From Chromatiales bacterium 21-64-14 (GTDB lineage: Bacteria > Pseudomonadota > Gammaproteobacteria > 21-64-14): a DNA stretch of 64,000 nucleotides. Where the stretch lies: contig NCBI01000013.1 in assembly GCA_002255365.1 (NCBI GenBank), positions 955 to 64,954 on the forward strand, written 5' to 3'. A program made the position numbers and the translations under genes. Positions 1 to 10,338 of this stretch are shown one piece after another. The notes below the pieces were generated by a model. The model worked only from the letters and a program-made list of their open reading frames with translations. It did not search any database and was not told the origin of the DNA. How positions within the stretch are numbered: position 1 is the first letter of the stretch; every line of letters begins with the position of its first letter.

Positions 1-240
1 GTGCCCGCCTCCCCAAACGATAAGGCGGTCACGTTTGGTATCGAAGGCGCCGCCGCTCCAGGCGTCGATGACATTCTGAACACGGGAATCATAGGGTAAC
101 GGCGCCACGTCCTTCATCATCGTGCCGGGCGCCTCATACCAGTACCCCGGGGCCAGACTGTCCACCGGGTTGGCTTGCGCCGGTAGGCTGCTTGCCGCGG
201 CCACCGTGAACCAAAACAGAAGCACGTAGAGCCTGCGCAT
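1..240 (-). CDS. Secreted protein, N-terminal part only (gene runs off the 5' edge). The N-terminus reads MRRLYVLLFWFTVAAASSLPAQA..., a signal peptide.
   Basis: ATG at 240..238 (minus strand) preceded by GGAGGA. Open frame continues to base 1. Hydrophobic signal peptide. Not in the ORF track because no stop lies in the window. Confidence 0.45.
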   Translation of the reverse strand, partial: MRRLYVLLFWFTVAAASSLPAQANPVDSLAPGYWYEAPGTMMKDVAPLPYDSRVQNVIDAWSGGAFDTKRDRLIVWGGGH

Positions 241-616
241 TCGATTCCTCCCCCCAGCTGCATGTGGAAGCGCCGGTCCGGCGCATCCGTACCGCTCCCC
301 CGTGGCGGCACCGGGATCCAGCCCAGCAAAACCCACGGAAGTCACTGGGAAGTATATCGGCGAGTTGTTGCCGGCTTGTGTGACCCGATTGGCAGTTCGT
401 CAAAACCCCGGAACGCGCGGCAAAGGTGGGACAATTGTCCCGGCCGGGGGCTGATCACGCCGGGCTCCGCAGCCCAGGCGGGTGCGACACCACGGGTTGG
501 CATCGCCGAAAAACACTCAGAAAGCGGCTTGTTGCACAGATCCCGCAGGACGCACGCGCCCGCCATCGCGTGGTTCCAGTAAGGATCCGCGCCGGGTGCG
601 TGGATCGCGCTTCACT

Positions 617-1924
617 TCAGCGCGGTCCGCCCGTGACGATCCGCTCCAATTCAGCAGCCAGGCACGCCGTCAGCCGCTCCCTACTGTAGGCCTCCACCTG
701 GGGCAGGGGTTCCGACTGGGGGACAGCCGCCGCCTCAGTCCGGCGGAGCTCATAATGAGTTCGTAGCGCCTGCGCCACCGCTTCGATGTCGTGGGGGGGA
801 ATGGTCGCGAGTCCCAGTGTCTGTTCGAGCAACTCCGCGACCGCGCCGCCCGACATCAGCGCCAGGATCTTACGTCCAACTCTAAGATACTCATATGTTT
901 TTGCCGGAACTTGCATATAGGTCCAGGTCCGGTTCCGACGTGCCCGCGCGTCCTCCCCGGCCGGTTCGCTCAACGCGAGCAGCAGATCCGCCCCAGCCAT
1001 CCGTTGCAGGGCACGCCGGTAAGGCATGCGGCCCGCCTGAACCGACACGACATCCGCTACACCGGATTGCGCCAACGCCCGGCGGAAAGTCTCAGTATCC
1101 GCATACGGGCCGCCGCCCAGGAGTGTCACCTGGAGGTCATTGCGGTCGAGCCACCCCCGCTCCAAGGCCAGCCGAACGGCCGCCAGCAGGGGGAGTGGGT
1201 CCCGGTTAACGGCGTCGATCGCTCCCGGGTACAGGATCTCGAACCGATCGATCCCCTCCGGCTCCAGGTCGACGAAATCCTTTTCATCGTATCCGTTGGT
1301 GATGGTCACGAATCGCTCCGGCGGCAACCGGGGATAGCGTCCGCGCAGGTACTGACACATCGCCGGGGTATTGCAGATAACCCGCCCGGCACGGGCCATT
1401 ACGCGCCGCTCGATAGCGCCTTCGGCCCAGCGCCGGAAGCGGGGCATCGAATCTTCGATCCAGGGATCCCGGAAATCCGCCACCCATGGCAAGCCGAAAC
1501 GCCGGTGCAGACGCAGACCTATCAGGTGGGCGGTCGCCATCGGGTAGGTCGAATAGACTGCATCCACCCGGCCCGCGGCGATAAGTTCCGCCCCTTTCCT
1601 GACCGCAGCGCGCCACCATGGCCAGTATCGATCGGGAAACGCCAGCGCTTGCGGGTACACCCCGCGCACGCCCAGTAAACGTTTGACGTCTGCGGCCCAC
1701 ACCCGGTGCACATTGACATGGGACGGAATCGCCGCGGCAAGCGCCGGATCGCGGCTCTCGTAGAGATCTTCGGGCACCGAGATGACCTCCGAAGACCACC
1801 CGTGATCAGCCAAATACTCCGTAAACTTCAGGGTCCGCAGGACACCGGTGCTCGAGTTGTCCGGGGGGTAGTGGAACGCGATCACCAGCAACCTGCGCGG
1901 CCCCCGCCCCGGATTCGCGGTCAA
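617..1924 (-). CDS. GT4-family glycosyltransferase
   Basis: 435-aa ORF with the GT-B fold C-terminal EX7E-like region. Lies next to further GTs in the EPS locus. Confidence 0.75.
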   Translation of the reverse strand: MTANPGRGPRRLLVIAFHYPPDNSSTGVLRTLKFTEYLADHGWSSEVISVPEDLYESRDPALAAAIPSHVNVHRVWAADVKRLLGVRGVYPQALAFPDRYWPWWRAAVRKGAELIAAGRVDAVYSTYPMATAHLIGLRLHRRFGLPWVADFRDPWIEDSMPRFRRWAEGAIERRVMARAGRVICNTPAMCQYLRGRYPRLPPERFVTITNGYDEKDFVDLEPEGIDRFEILYPGAIDAVNRDPLPLLAAVRLALERGWLDRNDLQVTLLGGGPYADTETFRRALAQSGVADVVSVQAGRMPYRRALQRMAGADLLLALSEPAGEDARARRNRTWTYMQVPAKTYEYLRVGRKILALMSGGAVAELLEQTLGLATIPPHDIEAVAQALRTHYELRRTEAAAVPQSEPLPQVEAYSRERLTACLAAELERIVTGGPR

Positions 1925-3153
1925 GACTCACCTCCATCGTCACTACCGGGCGGCGCAACATGTCCCGGAGCGCGCGGGATCCTGCGGTTGTCGTCCGCAG
2001 CCGATCGCTCCGTGCCGATCCCCTCGATAGGAGGTTCCGTGCATCCCCGGCGCGTGCGCGCGACCGTCCATGCATGCTCATAAACCGCGAACAGCCGGTC
2101 CCGAACCCGATCCCATGAGTAATCCAGCACCGCGGCCTGCCCCGCCTCCGCAAGCCGCTCCGCCAGCCCGGAGTCCCGTAACAGCCGCAACACGGCGTCG
2201 GCCATCCGCGCCGGTTCCCCCGGGGGTACCAGCAGGGCAGTCCGGCCGTCCTCCACCAAGTACGGAATACCGCCGACGTCAGTACTCACCACGGGCACAC
2301 CGGACGCCAGTGCCTCCAGCACCGATATCGGCATGTTGTCCACCAGGCTTGGGTTGATTGCGACTGCAGCCGAACGGTATAACTCCGGCATTCGCGTGTT
2401 CTCCACCTGCCCGGCGAACACGACTGCGTCGGCCAAACCGAGCTCTTCCACCAGCCGGTGCAGCGCCGGTGCCGCCGGCCCAGTCCCCGCGATGGTCAGC
2501 CGCGCCTCGGGCACATGGTCCTTTACCAGGCGAAACGCGCGCACCGCGGTCGCGTTGTCGTAAATAGCCTCTAAGTTACGTGCCACGACAAGATGCGCGC
2601 CGCGCAAGTCAGAATCCGCCGCCTCGGGCCCGGTCCGAAACCGGTCAGTATCGACGATATTGGGCACCACCTGCGCCTGCACGCCGCGTCTCCCAAATAC
2701 TTCGTGGAGAAAGCCCGAGGGCACAACCAGGGCATCCGCCAGACGCAAAACCGGTCTCACGAAAAAATACGAACGCCTGAAAAACTGCTCCGCCTCACCA
2801 CCTCGATAGTTGACCACGACCGCCACCTTGCGCAGCCGCGCTATCACAATCGCCGGCGCCGCGAACAGGTGCCACGACCATCCGGAATTCGCCATTACAT
2901 GAAAAATCGATGCCCGCTCCCCGGCCTTCCAGAGATCCCACATATATGGGATCAGCCGTCCTAGTGCACGAACCCACGGTAACCGTCCTAGGCAGGCAGG
3001 CGCGTAGGGCCGATTATGGCGGACCACCTCAACGGAGATGCCCTCAGATCTCAGCAGTTCCTCCAACTGCTTGGTCTGGTTCGCCATACCACCCGCGGGC
3101 GGTGGAAACGGCCCGACCAGCGCAAGACGAAACCCACCGCCTGCCACCTTCAC
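1921..3153 (-). CDS. GT4-family glycosyltransferase
   Basis: 410-aa ORF with typical GT1/GT4 motifs (VPSGF..E, PVV.TDVGG). Overlaps the downstream GT by 4 nt. Confidence 0.75.
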   Translation of the reverse strand: MKVAGGGFRLALVGPFPPPAGGMANQTKQLEELLRSEGISVEVVRHNRPYAPACLGRLPWVRALGRLIPYMWDLWKAGERASIFHVMANSGWSWHLFAAPAIVIARLRKVAVVVNYRGGEAEQFFRRSYFFVRPVLRLADALVVPSGFLHEVFGRRGVQAQVVPNIVDTDRFRTGPEAADSDLRGAHLVVARNLEAIYDNATAVRAFRLVKDHVPEARLTIAGTGPAAPALHRLVEELGLADAVVFAGQVENTRMPELYRSAAVAINPSLVDNMPISVLEALASGVPVVSTDVGGIPYLVEDGRTALLVPPGEPARMADAVLRLLRDSGLAERLAEAGQAAVLDYSWDRVRDRLFAVYEHAWTVARTRRGCTEPPIEGIGTERSAADDNRRIPRAPGHVAPPGSDDGGES

Positions 3154-3341
3154 AGCCTACCTCCATGACAAACTGCACACCGAATTGGGTCGGCTGCACC
3201 TGGGTCCTGCACATCGCTCCGGACCCCGCGGAAAACCGCCAACCCGGCCCACCCTTTACGCCATGGGCCCGACCGGCTATGGTAACCGTACACGCGGAAC
3301 AACCGCGTTTTCCGGGTCCCGCAAGACGAGGAGCTTTGGCC

Positions 3342-4004
3342 ATGTCCGCATTGTCGTCCCCAACCCGCCTTCTGCTCACGCTGCTGACCGCTACGCTGAT
3401 TGCGACCGCCTTCCCAACGGCCGCGCTCGCGGTCGACACGCCCGCGTGGCGCCGCCCCCATGACTACTACGCCACCGACGCCGAAAGCCGACACCTGCTC
3501 ACGATGGTCGAGGGCCACCACCTCCAGCAGGGAACCGACAAGATGGCGCGGGGAGAGTACGGGTACGCGAAACAGGATTTTGATTTCATCCTCCGGTATT
3601 TCCCGAATGATCCCAAGGCGCTGCTGCTCATGGGCGAACTGGCGGTCAAGACCGGGAAACCCCAAGACGCCACGCACTATTTCGAGACCGCGATCAAGAT
3701 GTTCCCTGACCGGGCACCTACGCATACGGTGTATGGCGTTTTTCTGCATCGGACGGGTAAACTCAAGCAGGCCATCATCCAATACAAAGAATCGCTGAAG
3801 CTCGACCCGGGTTCTGCAGAAACCAACTACGACCTGGGGCTCGCCTACCTGACACTACGTGACTACGCCCTGGCGAACCAGCATGCGCATGCAGCCTACC
3901 GGCTCGGGTACCCTCTTCCAGGATTGCGCGAGAAACTCCAGCGCGCCGGGAAGTGGGAACCGATCACGCCCATCACCACCGATAGCCACCCGCCCCACCC
4001 ATAG
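3342..4004 (+). CDS. Secreted TPR-repeat protein (220 aa)
   Basis: ATG at 3342 preceded by GAGGAG. Signal peptide MSALSSPTRLLLTLLTATLIATAFPTAALA, then TPR-like repeats. The upstream part of track ORF 2910..4004 is treated as a non-coding extension. Confidence 0.65.
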   Translation: MSALSSPTRLLLTLLTATLIATAFPTAALAVDTPAWRRPHDYYATDAESRHLLTMVEGHHLQQGTDKMARGEYGYAKQDFDFILRYFPNDPKALLLMGELAVKTGKPQDATHYFETAIKMFPDRAPTHTVYGVFLHRTGKLKQAIIQYKESLKLDPGSAETNYDLGLAYLTLRDYALANQHAHAAYRLGYPLPGLREKLQRAGKWEPITPITTDSHPPHP

Positions 4005-4160
4005 CCCGCATTATTCGCGCGAGTTGGCTGCCCAAGGGTCTGCCGGATCACCGGCACGGGGTTTTAGCGTCGTATCCGCGTATCGCAAACCTGTGCCCGC
4101 GATACCCTGGCTAACAAGTGCGTCTACGCCCTACGCCTATGGCACGAAAGCGTGAATCGC

Positions 4161-5033
4161 TCAACGCACAGACCCGCTGCGTTCCAGCAGGACACAGGCG
4201 ACCTGCCATCGAAATATAGGCAAGTAGTACCGCCATAAGCTGTTGGTGCGAAACGGAAGCAGATAATCGAGGCGCCTGATCTTTTTCCGAATGTACGAAC
4301 TCCGCTCTGAAATGCGGACCACCCCGGAACGGATCACTGTCACAGCGCCGGCCCGAGCGATGTCACCAACCAACTTGGACACACTCGGCCGATACATCGT
4401 ATCGATAGGATCATGGTGGCAAGGATATCTCCTCGGTACCGTGACCAACAACAGTCCGCCCGGCTTTAACAAGCGCATCACGTTCGAAATGAATGCCGCC
4501 CTGTTCTCGACGTGCTCGAGAATATTACAACAAAGAATCAGGTCATACGGCACCGCCACGAGTGCATCGTTAAGCATCGGCGCACATAAATCCGCGACCA
4601 CGTCCACACCCACGTCGGGCTCTCGATCAAGATAGGTGATACGGTAACCGCGGTCTACGAGGGGTGTATGGACGTTTTCTCCAATATGTGCCTGCACGCG
4701 CGTTCGGAAATCGAAACTTGCCGAGCCAATATCCAACACCTCTATCCCCGACCGCGCAGCGAGACCGGACAACGCATCTCGGATCCACATGGATTCTTCA
4801 ATAAACATAGAAACCTTTGCCCCCCGTCCGGAACGCCTCGTCAATACAGAAATACGGGTACAATACGGCTGCGCTATCCAGGCCAGGCGTAGTGAACCCG
4901 ATCCCGTGAACGAGCCGGTACCCGATACACCTATCGCTTCGACGATCCCCCTGCTGGCTCGGGCAACTCCCACTTTACCAACCAAGGACTGCCGCGTGAC
5001 TACAGACCCCCGCCAGATGGCGCGCGAACTCAA
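4161..5033 (-). CDS. Class I SAM-dependent methyltransferase. Start is uncertain: TTG at 5033 or ATG at 4808.
   Basis: SAM-binding motif I (VLDIGSASFDF) and a Methyltransf_11-like core (LLKPGGLLLV). Confidence 0.65.
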   Translation of the reverse strand: MSSRAIWRGSVVTRQSLVGKVGVARASRGIVEAIGVSGTGSFTGSGSLRLAWIAQPYCTRISVLTRRSGRGAKVSMFIEESMWIRDALSGLAARSGIEVLDIGSASFDFRTRVQAHIGENVHTPLVDRGYRITYLDREPDVGVDVVADLCAPMLNDALVAVPYDLILCCNILEHVENRAAFISNVMRLLKPGGLLLVTVPRRYPCHHDPIDTMYRPSVSKLVGDIARAGAVTVIRSGVVRISERSSYIRKKIRRLDYLLPFRTNSLWRYYLPIFRWQVACVLLERSGSVR

Positions 5034-5042
5034 GTCGTCAAA

Positions 5043-6020
5043 TTACGTTTGGCCGTACCTTTCCCCAGCCTTCCCCGCCTGAGCGACGGCCATAATACGG
5101 TCAATCGATGCCTGCGAAAGCTCATTGCGCCACCCCCACGCCGCTTCCCGCGGGTTTTTGAATACTGAATAATAGCCCGACCGACTAACCGATGTGCTCT
5201 CCGCCAGGAAACGCTCCGTCTGCGGAGACCAATCCAGGCCGGCGAACCGGAACAACATCCTGGCCTGCACCAGCGGCGCCGTGCATAGATCCTCGTAGCG
5301 GATCACCAGCGCATCCGCGCGATCCTGAATATCCTTCAATGCCTTGTCGTTGAACAGTCTCCAACGCCAGGCAAGCCGTTCGATAGGTTCCGCCGCACGC
5401 AGTGTCTCCATAGTCAAACCACACTCGCGCGCGGAGTCCGTCTCCAGAAGCATTTCCAGTATCCCGTAATCCTCACTGCTACCGTCAGAATCTCCGAATT
5501 TATTGCGTGCCTCTCCACGCAACACCGATGCCACGTACCCGCAAGGATGGCGTAAAATCAGTACCGAGCGCGTCATGAGCAATCGTAACAGGACCCCAAG
5601 ACGACCGGTGGACTCGATCGATTTCCATACTACCCGGAGCTGAGGAATGCGTTCATAGCGCAAGAACTGCGGAACACCCCATTCCCCAAACAAGCGCGAC
5701 GCCAGCTTTGCAACGACGATCCCTGCCTGTTGTGAGTAATCCCCGATCCTGGAACGATAACTCTTCGAAAACACCGGCAGCGAACCGGCCACCTTCGCGG
5801 AACACATTCCCGGAAGCCGGCTGGCAAACGCATAAACGTCCGCCCGGTATCGTTCCGCGTCCCTTACCGATGCGGTAACGGGAAGACTGGAGATCGGTTC
5901 TATGCTATCGGGTTCATGACGATACAGGGTATCCGGGTGGCTGTCGAAAATTTTCCCTATCCAGGTGGTGCCCGACCTCGGCATCCCCACCAGCAGGACG
6001 ATCGGATCCTCCAGACTCAT
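5043..6020 (-). CDS. Sulfotransferase-family protein
   Basis: N-terminal PAPS-binding 5'-PSB-like motif LLVGMPRSGTTW. Length 325 aa. Confidence 0.7.
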   Translation of the reverse strand: MSLEDPIVLLVGMPRSGTTWIGKIFDSHPDTLYRHEPDSIEPISSLPVTASVRDAERYRADVYAFASRLPGMCSAKVAGSLPVFSKSYRSRIGDYSQQAGIVVAKLASRLFGEWGVPQFLRYERIPQLRVVWKSIESTGRLGVLLRLLMTRSVLILRHPCGYVASVLRGEARNKFGDSDGSSEDYGILEMLLETDSARECGLTMETLRAAEPIERLAWRWRLFNDKALKDIQDRADALVIRYEDLCTAPLVQARMLFRFAGLDWSPQTERFLAESTSVSRSGYYSVFKNPREAAWGWRNELSQASIDRIMAVAQAGKAGERYGQT

Positions 6021-6280
6021 GCCCCGCAGTCCCTCAGCGTAATGTCCCGGCCCGCCAGACGCCGCACAACATGACCCACGGTGCCGCGCCTGACGATTAT
6101 ACTTGCCCCTTTTCCGCCGCGGTGGCTATCAGGAGCCCTCGGGAACGGATCAAAACTGGTATCATATCGACCGCGAGGGGCACACGAACCACCAGTGCGC
6201 GCGACAGGATCCACCATGGTCCGGCGTCCAGTGATCCAGTGACACACGGAACCCGACCCACAAGAGGCGCAAATCGGCGC

Positions 6281-7435
6281 ATGGCGGTGTACGACGGGCT
6301 TCAGGTCGATTGTATCGGGGACGAGCGCGCCTTTATGGCGCTGCGTGAGCCCTGGAACCGCTTGGTTACGGCGATGAATTCCTCCGGCGTGTTTCTGCTC
6401 CACGAGTGGTTTCAGGCCGCGTGGCAATGGGCGCGACTGGACTCCGACTTGCATGTGCTGCGGATACGGCGTGGAGATGACGTCGTAGGTCTCTTCCCGC
6501 TCATCCTGCGTCGCGCGCATCGAAGACACGTCGCGATCCACCAGATCGAATTCCTTTCTGTACCGGACACTCAATACTGCGGTCTCATCTGCAGCGAATC
6601 GGACGTCCACGCCTGCCTGGAAGCTGCAACTGCTCACCTGCGCCGGGAGAGTAAGCGATGGGACCACATGTTGCTCCGCTATCTCACCGAAGATTCCGGT
6701 GCCGCCAAGGCCCTTACAAGTGTCTGGGCGCGCAACGGCATGCGTTCCAGCATCGATTCCGGGGGAAGCAATCCCTACGTTGACCTCAGCGGAAGCTGGG
6801 ACACATTTTACCGCAGCTGCAGCCGCAGATTGAAGAAAGGCAATAACCTTGCCGCCAGCCGGCTGCGCCACGCCGGCGATGTGCGCATCGAACGGTTCCG
6901 GCCGGAATCCGGAGATCTTCACCGCCTGCCCTCCATCCTTGACTTGATCAGCGGCATATCAGCTCGGAGCTGGAAAGGACACACGCCGTTCAGCCTCGAT
7001 CAACCTGGGCCTGGGGCTTTCATCCGCACCCTTTCGGAGGCCGCGCTGCGACATGGGTGGCTCTCGATCTGGATACTGTACCTGTCGGACACGCCAGTCG
7101 CCATGGAATACCAAATCATACACGACGGCACGGTACACGCACTGCGCGCCGACTTTGACGAATCCTACGGCCAATACTCACCGGGATCCTACCTGAACTG
7201 GAAGATCCTGGAATCATTGTTCGACACCGGATTATCACGCTACTATATGGGACCCGGTGAAAATACCTATAAACTGCGCTGGTCAAAAACCGGTGCCGCA
7301 TTGAACACAGCGCGTGCCTACAGTCCGTCACTGCGCGGACGCGCACTCTCTGTCTGGAATCTGGATCTGAAACCGGCGCTACGGCGGTTAACAACCGTCC
7401 GTCTATCGGGATCGAAAACCGGTGGGAATCTATGA
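6281..7435 (+). CDS. FemAB/CelD-like GNAT-fold acyltransferase (BioF2-like N-acyltransferase domain)
   Basis: ATG at 6281. CelD/FemAB-like sequence (FLLHEWFQAAWQW, YYMGPGENTYK). Its stop overlaps the asnB-like start (ATGA). Confidence 0.6.
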   Translation: MAVYDGLQVDCIGDERAFMALREPWNRLVTAMNSSGVFLLHEWFQAAWQWARLDSDLHVLRIRRGDDVVGLFPLILRRAHRRHVAIHQIEFLSVPDTQYCGLICSESDVHACLEAATAHLRRESKRWDHMLLRYLTEDSGAAKALTSVWARNGMRSSIDSGGSNPYVDLSGSWDTFYRSCSRRLKKGNNLAASRLRHAGDVRIERFRPESGDLHRLPSILDLISGISARSWKGHTPFSLDQPGPGAFIRTLSEAALRHGWLSIWILYLSDTPVAMEYQIIHDGTVHALRADFDESYGQYSPGSYLNWKILESLFDTGLSRYYMGPGENTYKLRWSKTGAALNTARAYSPSLRGRALSVWNLDLKPALRRLTTVRLSGSKTGGNL

Positions 7436-9300
7436 GTGGAATTTGCGGCTGGACCGGCCTCTCGACGTCTACGGACGAACAGCACCGCCGAATTGAAGAT
7501 ATGGCCGGCGCCCTGCCCACCACGGCCCACGGCGGAACACCTCCACGCACCGTAACGACGGCCGGCTCCGCCCTTGCCGTCACCGCGACCCGGGGTCCGG
7601 GATGGATGCACGATGAGGGACCAACCCATGCCGCAGTCTGCGGCCGACCGTATTGGTCGGACAAGGAACTGGCCACCTTGTCCGAACGCAGAGGTCCGGC
7701 CTATGTGCTCGCCATGGAGTACCCACGACGGGGGGCCGATATCCTTCAGGCCATGCACGGCGCTTACGCACTGGTCGTGATCCGGGATAACCCCTCTGAA
7801 ACATTTCTCGCCGTCGACCGCCTGGGAATCTGCGCCCTGAGCTATGCCGTTTCCGGAAACGGATTGATCTTCGCATCCACGGCGGACGCACTAAGCCGTC
7901 ATCCAGAGACGCCCCACATGCTGCGCCCCCAAGCACTCTACGATTATGTCTACTTTCATATGATTCCTGGCCCACTCAGCGCGCATGTTGGGCAGGAGCG
8001 TCTGCTGCCGGGACATTGCCTGCGGTTCCGACCCGGAAACGACGCCGTACCCGCCGAATATTGGCGCATGGAGTACGCCGAGGACACCCATACTGATTTT
8101 CAAGCACTGAAACAGGAATTCCTTGAGCTGCTGCACACATCCGTCGCTGCCAATGCGGCCGGCGACGAGGTAGGCGCGTTTCTGAGTGGTGGCACGGATA
8201 GTTCGACGGTCGCCGGAGTATTGAGCCGTATCGCAGATCGCCCGGCACGTACCTTTTCCATAGGCTTCGACGCGCCGGGATACGACGAAACCGGCTACGC
8301 GCGGATCGCCGCACGCCATTTCGGAACCGACCACCACGAATACTATGTAACCCCCCAAGACGTTGTTGAGTCGATCCCCCTGATCGCAAGAAGCTATGAT
8401 CAACCTTACGGAAATGCGTCCGCCCTTCCGACCTATCATTGCGCGCAACTTGCGCGCGAACACGGCATTGGACGGCTGCTCGGCGGCGACGGCGGTGATG
8501 AGCTGTTTGGCGGCAACAGCCGATACGCCAAACAGTACATCTTCTCCCTCTACGAGCGCATTCCCAAAAAACTTCGGCAAGGCATCATCGAACCGTTGTT
8601 TGGAACACCCACCGACGACACAGGTGGCCTACTCCACAAGCTGCGCCGCTATGTCGCCCAGGCCGCCATACCGCTCCCGGACCGGGCTGAGTCCTACAAT
8701 CTCCTCATGCATTTCGGTCCATCAAATGTATTTGCACCCGATTTTCTGCACGACATCGTGACCGACCACCCGTTACAGATATTGCGCGCAACCTACCGAA
8801 ATGCCCACGCATCCAACACGATCAACCGCCTCTTGGCGCTGGACCTAAAGCAGACCTTGGCCGACAACGACCTCCCGAAGGTAACACGCATGTGCGAACT
8901 TGCCGGCGTGGAGGCCGCCTTCCCGCTACTTGGTGAAGGGCTCATCGAGTTCTCTGCGCGACTACCCGCGAGGATGAAAGTCCGCGGGACGCGGCTGCGA
9001 TATTTCTTCAAAAAGGCCCTTGCCGATTTTCTTCCGCCGGAAATTCTCACGAAATCCAAGCACGGCTTCGGACTGCCTTTTGGTGTCTGGATGAACGAGT
9101 ACCCGCCATTGCGGGACCTCGCCAGTGACAGCCTGTCGCAGCTGCGCACCCTGAACATCTTCAAGCGAGATTTTCTCGACTCCCTCACGAACCGCCAGAT
9201 CGCTGAACACGCTTCCTACTACGGTACTATGATCTGGGTCCTTATGATGCTTGCATTATGGCTCGAAACCCATCCGACCGCCGGCTATCCCCCCGGATAG
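7432..9300 (+). CDS. Asparagine synthetase (glutamine-hydrolysing) family amidotransferase, exosortase-A-associated type
   Basis: N-terminal MSGICGW with the Cys nucleophile. SGGxDSS PP-loop motif (FLSGGTDSS). Length 622 aa. Confidence 0.85.
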   Translation: MSGICGWTGLSTSTDEQHRRIEDMAGALPTTAHGGTPPRTVTTAGSALAVTATRGPGWMHDEGPTHAAVCGRPYWSDKELATLSERRGPAYVLAMEYPRRGADILQAMHGAYALVVIRDNPSETFLAVDRLGICALSYAVSGNGLIFASTADALSRHPETPHMLRPQALYDYVYFHMIPGPLSAHVGQERLLPGHCLRFRPGNDAVPAEYWRMEYAEDTHTDFQALKQEFLELLHTSVAANAAGDEVGAFLSGGTDSSTVAGVLSRIADRPARTFSIGFDAPGYDETGYARIAARHFGTDHHEYYVTPQDVVESIPLIARSYDQPYGNASALPTYHCAQLAREHGIGRLLGGDGGDELFGGNSRYAKQYIFSLYERIPKKLRQGIIEPLFGTPTDDTGGLLHKLRRYVAQAAIPLPDRAESYNLLMHFGPSNVFAPDFLHDIVTDHPLQILRATYRNAHASNTINRLLALDLKQTLADNDLPKVTRMCELAGVEAAFPLLGEGLIEFSARLPARMKVRGTRLRYFFKKALADFLPPEILTKSKHGFGLPFGVWMNEYPPLRDLASDSLSQLRTLNIFKRDFLDSLTNRQIAEHASYYGTMIWVLMMLALWLETHPTAGYPPG

Positions 9301-9370
9301 CACACGGCGCCGACCCCGCCACTCGACGGCTCCATGCCGTCTAACCCTGTCAGGATATTCCTTGCCAGAG

Positions 9371-10300
9371 TCATGCGGTGCCGCGCATGCAGTTCTGATA
9401 CAGTCGCAGCACAAACCGGTCCGGGCTCCGGTCCCACGGCGTGAAACGCGGTAACTGGTAGCAGTCGGACACAGCCGACGCCGCGCCCCACTGAGTGCTA
9501 AGCGCAGCTTTAAAACCCAACTCCCGAACCATCCCCACATGGGCTGGAGTATAGTCACGGCCGGGCTTTCCGTTGGGATAAGCAAACAGTTCCACTGGGG
9601 TGCCAAGGATCTCCTCCAGACGGTGTTTTCCACCAAGGATCTCTCTACGGGCTTCATCGTCGCCGACCTGGGCAAGGATGGGATGAGTAATGGTATGTCC
9701 GCCGATCTCCATCCCCTCTCGGTGCAAACGCTGCACGTCCTGCGTGGACATCATAAGCTTCACCGAAAGCTGCACGTTGCACGCGCTTCGAACGAGATCC
9801 ACTGCCGCATCACGCTCCTGAGCCGGACGATATTTCAACGCGTCGATAATAGCCCGCAGCGCGGCCCTGCGTTCGGCTAGGCCGTCGATACTCAAACATC
9901 CAATCCCCAACGTATTCAGATCAATCCGGCCACCGCGGGCCACGCGCAGCGACTCGATGATCACGTCGTTCCACATCATTCCACCGTCCAGAAATCCCGT
10001 CGCGACGAAGAAGCATGCCGGCACACCATTGCGTTTCAGGATCGGGAGCGCGATCCTTGCATTGTCTTCATATCCATCGTCAAAGGTTATGGCAGCCGCG
10101 CGGCTCGGCAGGCATCCTTGTTGATGCAACCGCACGGCCTCGCTAAGTGGAAGAACATGGAAATGCCGTGCCAGTGCCGCCATCTGACGCTCGAAGGTGC
10201 GCGCATCAATGGTCCCCGGCACCAACGGGTCAGGCTCCGACAGAACCCGGTGATAAATCAGGATGGAGAGGCGTGCACGCTTGTTCGCTGGGGAGACCAT
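9371..10300 (-). CDS. Polysaccharide deacetylase (NodB domain)
   Basis: ITFDDGYEDN (TFDDG motif). ATG at 10300 preceded by GGGGAG. Confidence 0.75.
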   Translation of the reverse strand: MVSPANKRARLSILIYHRVLSEPDPLVPGTIDARTFERQMAALARHFHVLPLSEAVRLHQQGCLPSRAAAITFDDGYEDNARIALPILKRNGVPACFFVATGFLDGGMMWNDVIIESLRVARGGRIDLNTLGIGCLSIDGLAERRAALRAIIDALKYRPAQERDAAVDLVRSACNVQLSVKLMMSTQDVQRLHREGMEIGGHTITHPILAQVGDDEARREILGGKHRLEEILGTPVELFAYPNGKPGRDYTPAHVGMVRELGFKAALSTQWGAASAVSDCYQLPRFTPWDRSPDRFVLRLYQNCMRGTA

Positions 10301-10338
10301 GCTCCCCAGGGCGCGGAGCGCAACGGAACGTATCCCAC

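Noticed and set aside
2910-3341. N-terminal 144-codon extension of the TPR protein ORF
   Set aside because: An internal ATG at 3342 has a GAGGAG RBS and is followed directly by a signal peptide. The extension is Pro/Arg-rich with no features.
6017-6922. 301-aa minus-strand ORF overlapping the FemAB/CelD-like gene
   Set aside because: The plus-strand ORF has family-like sequence and is translationally coupled to asnB. The minus ORF is low-complexity.
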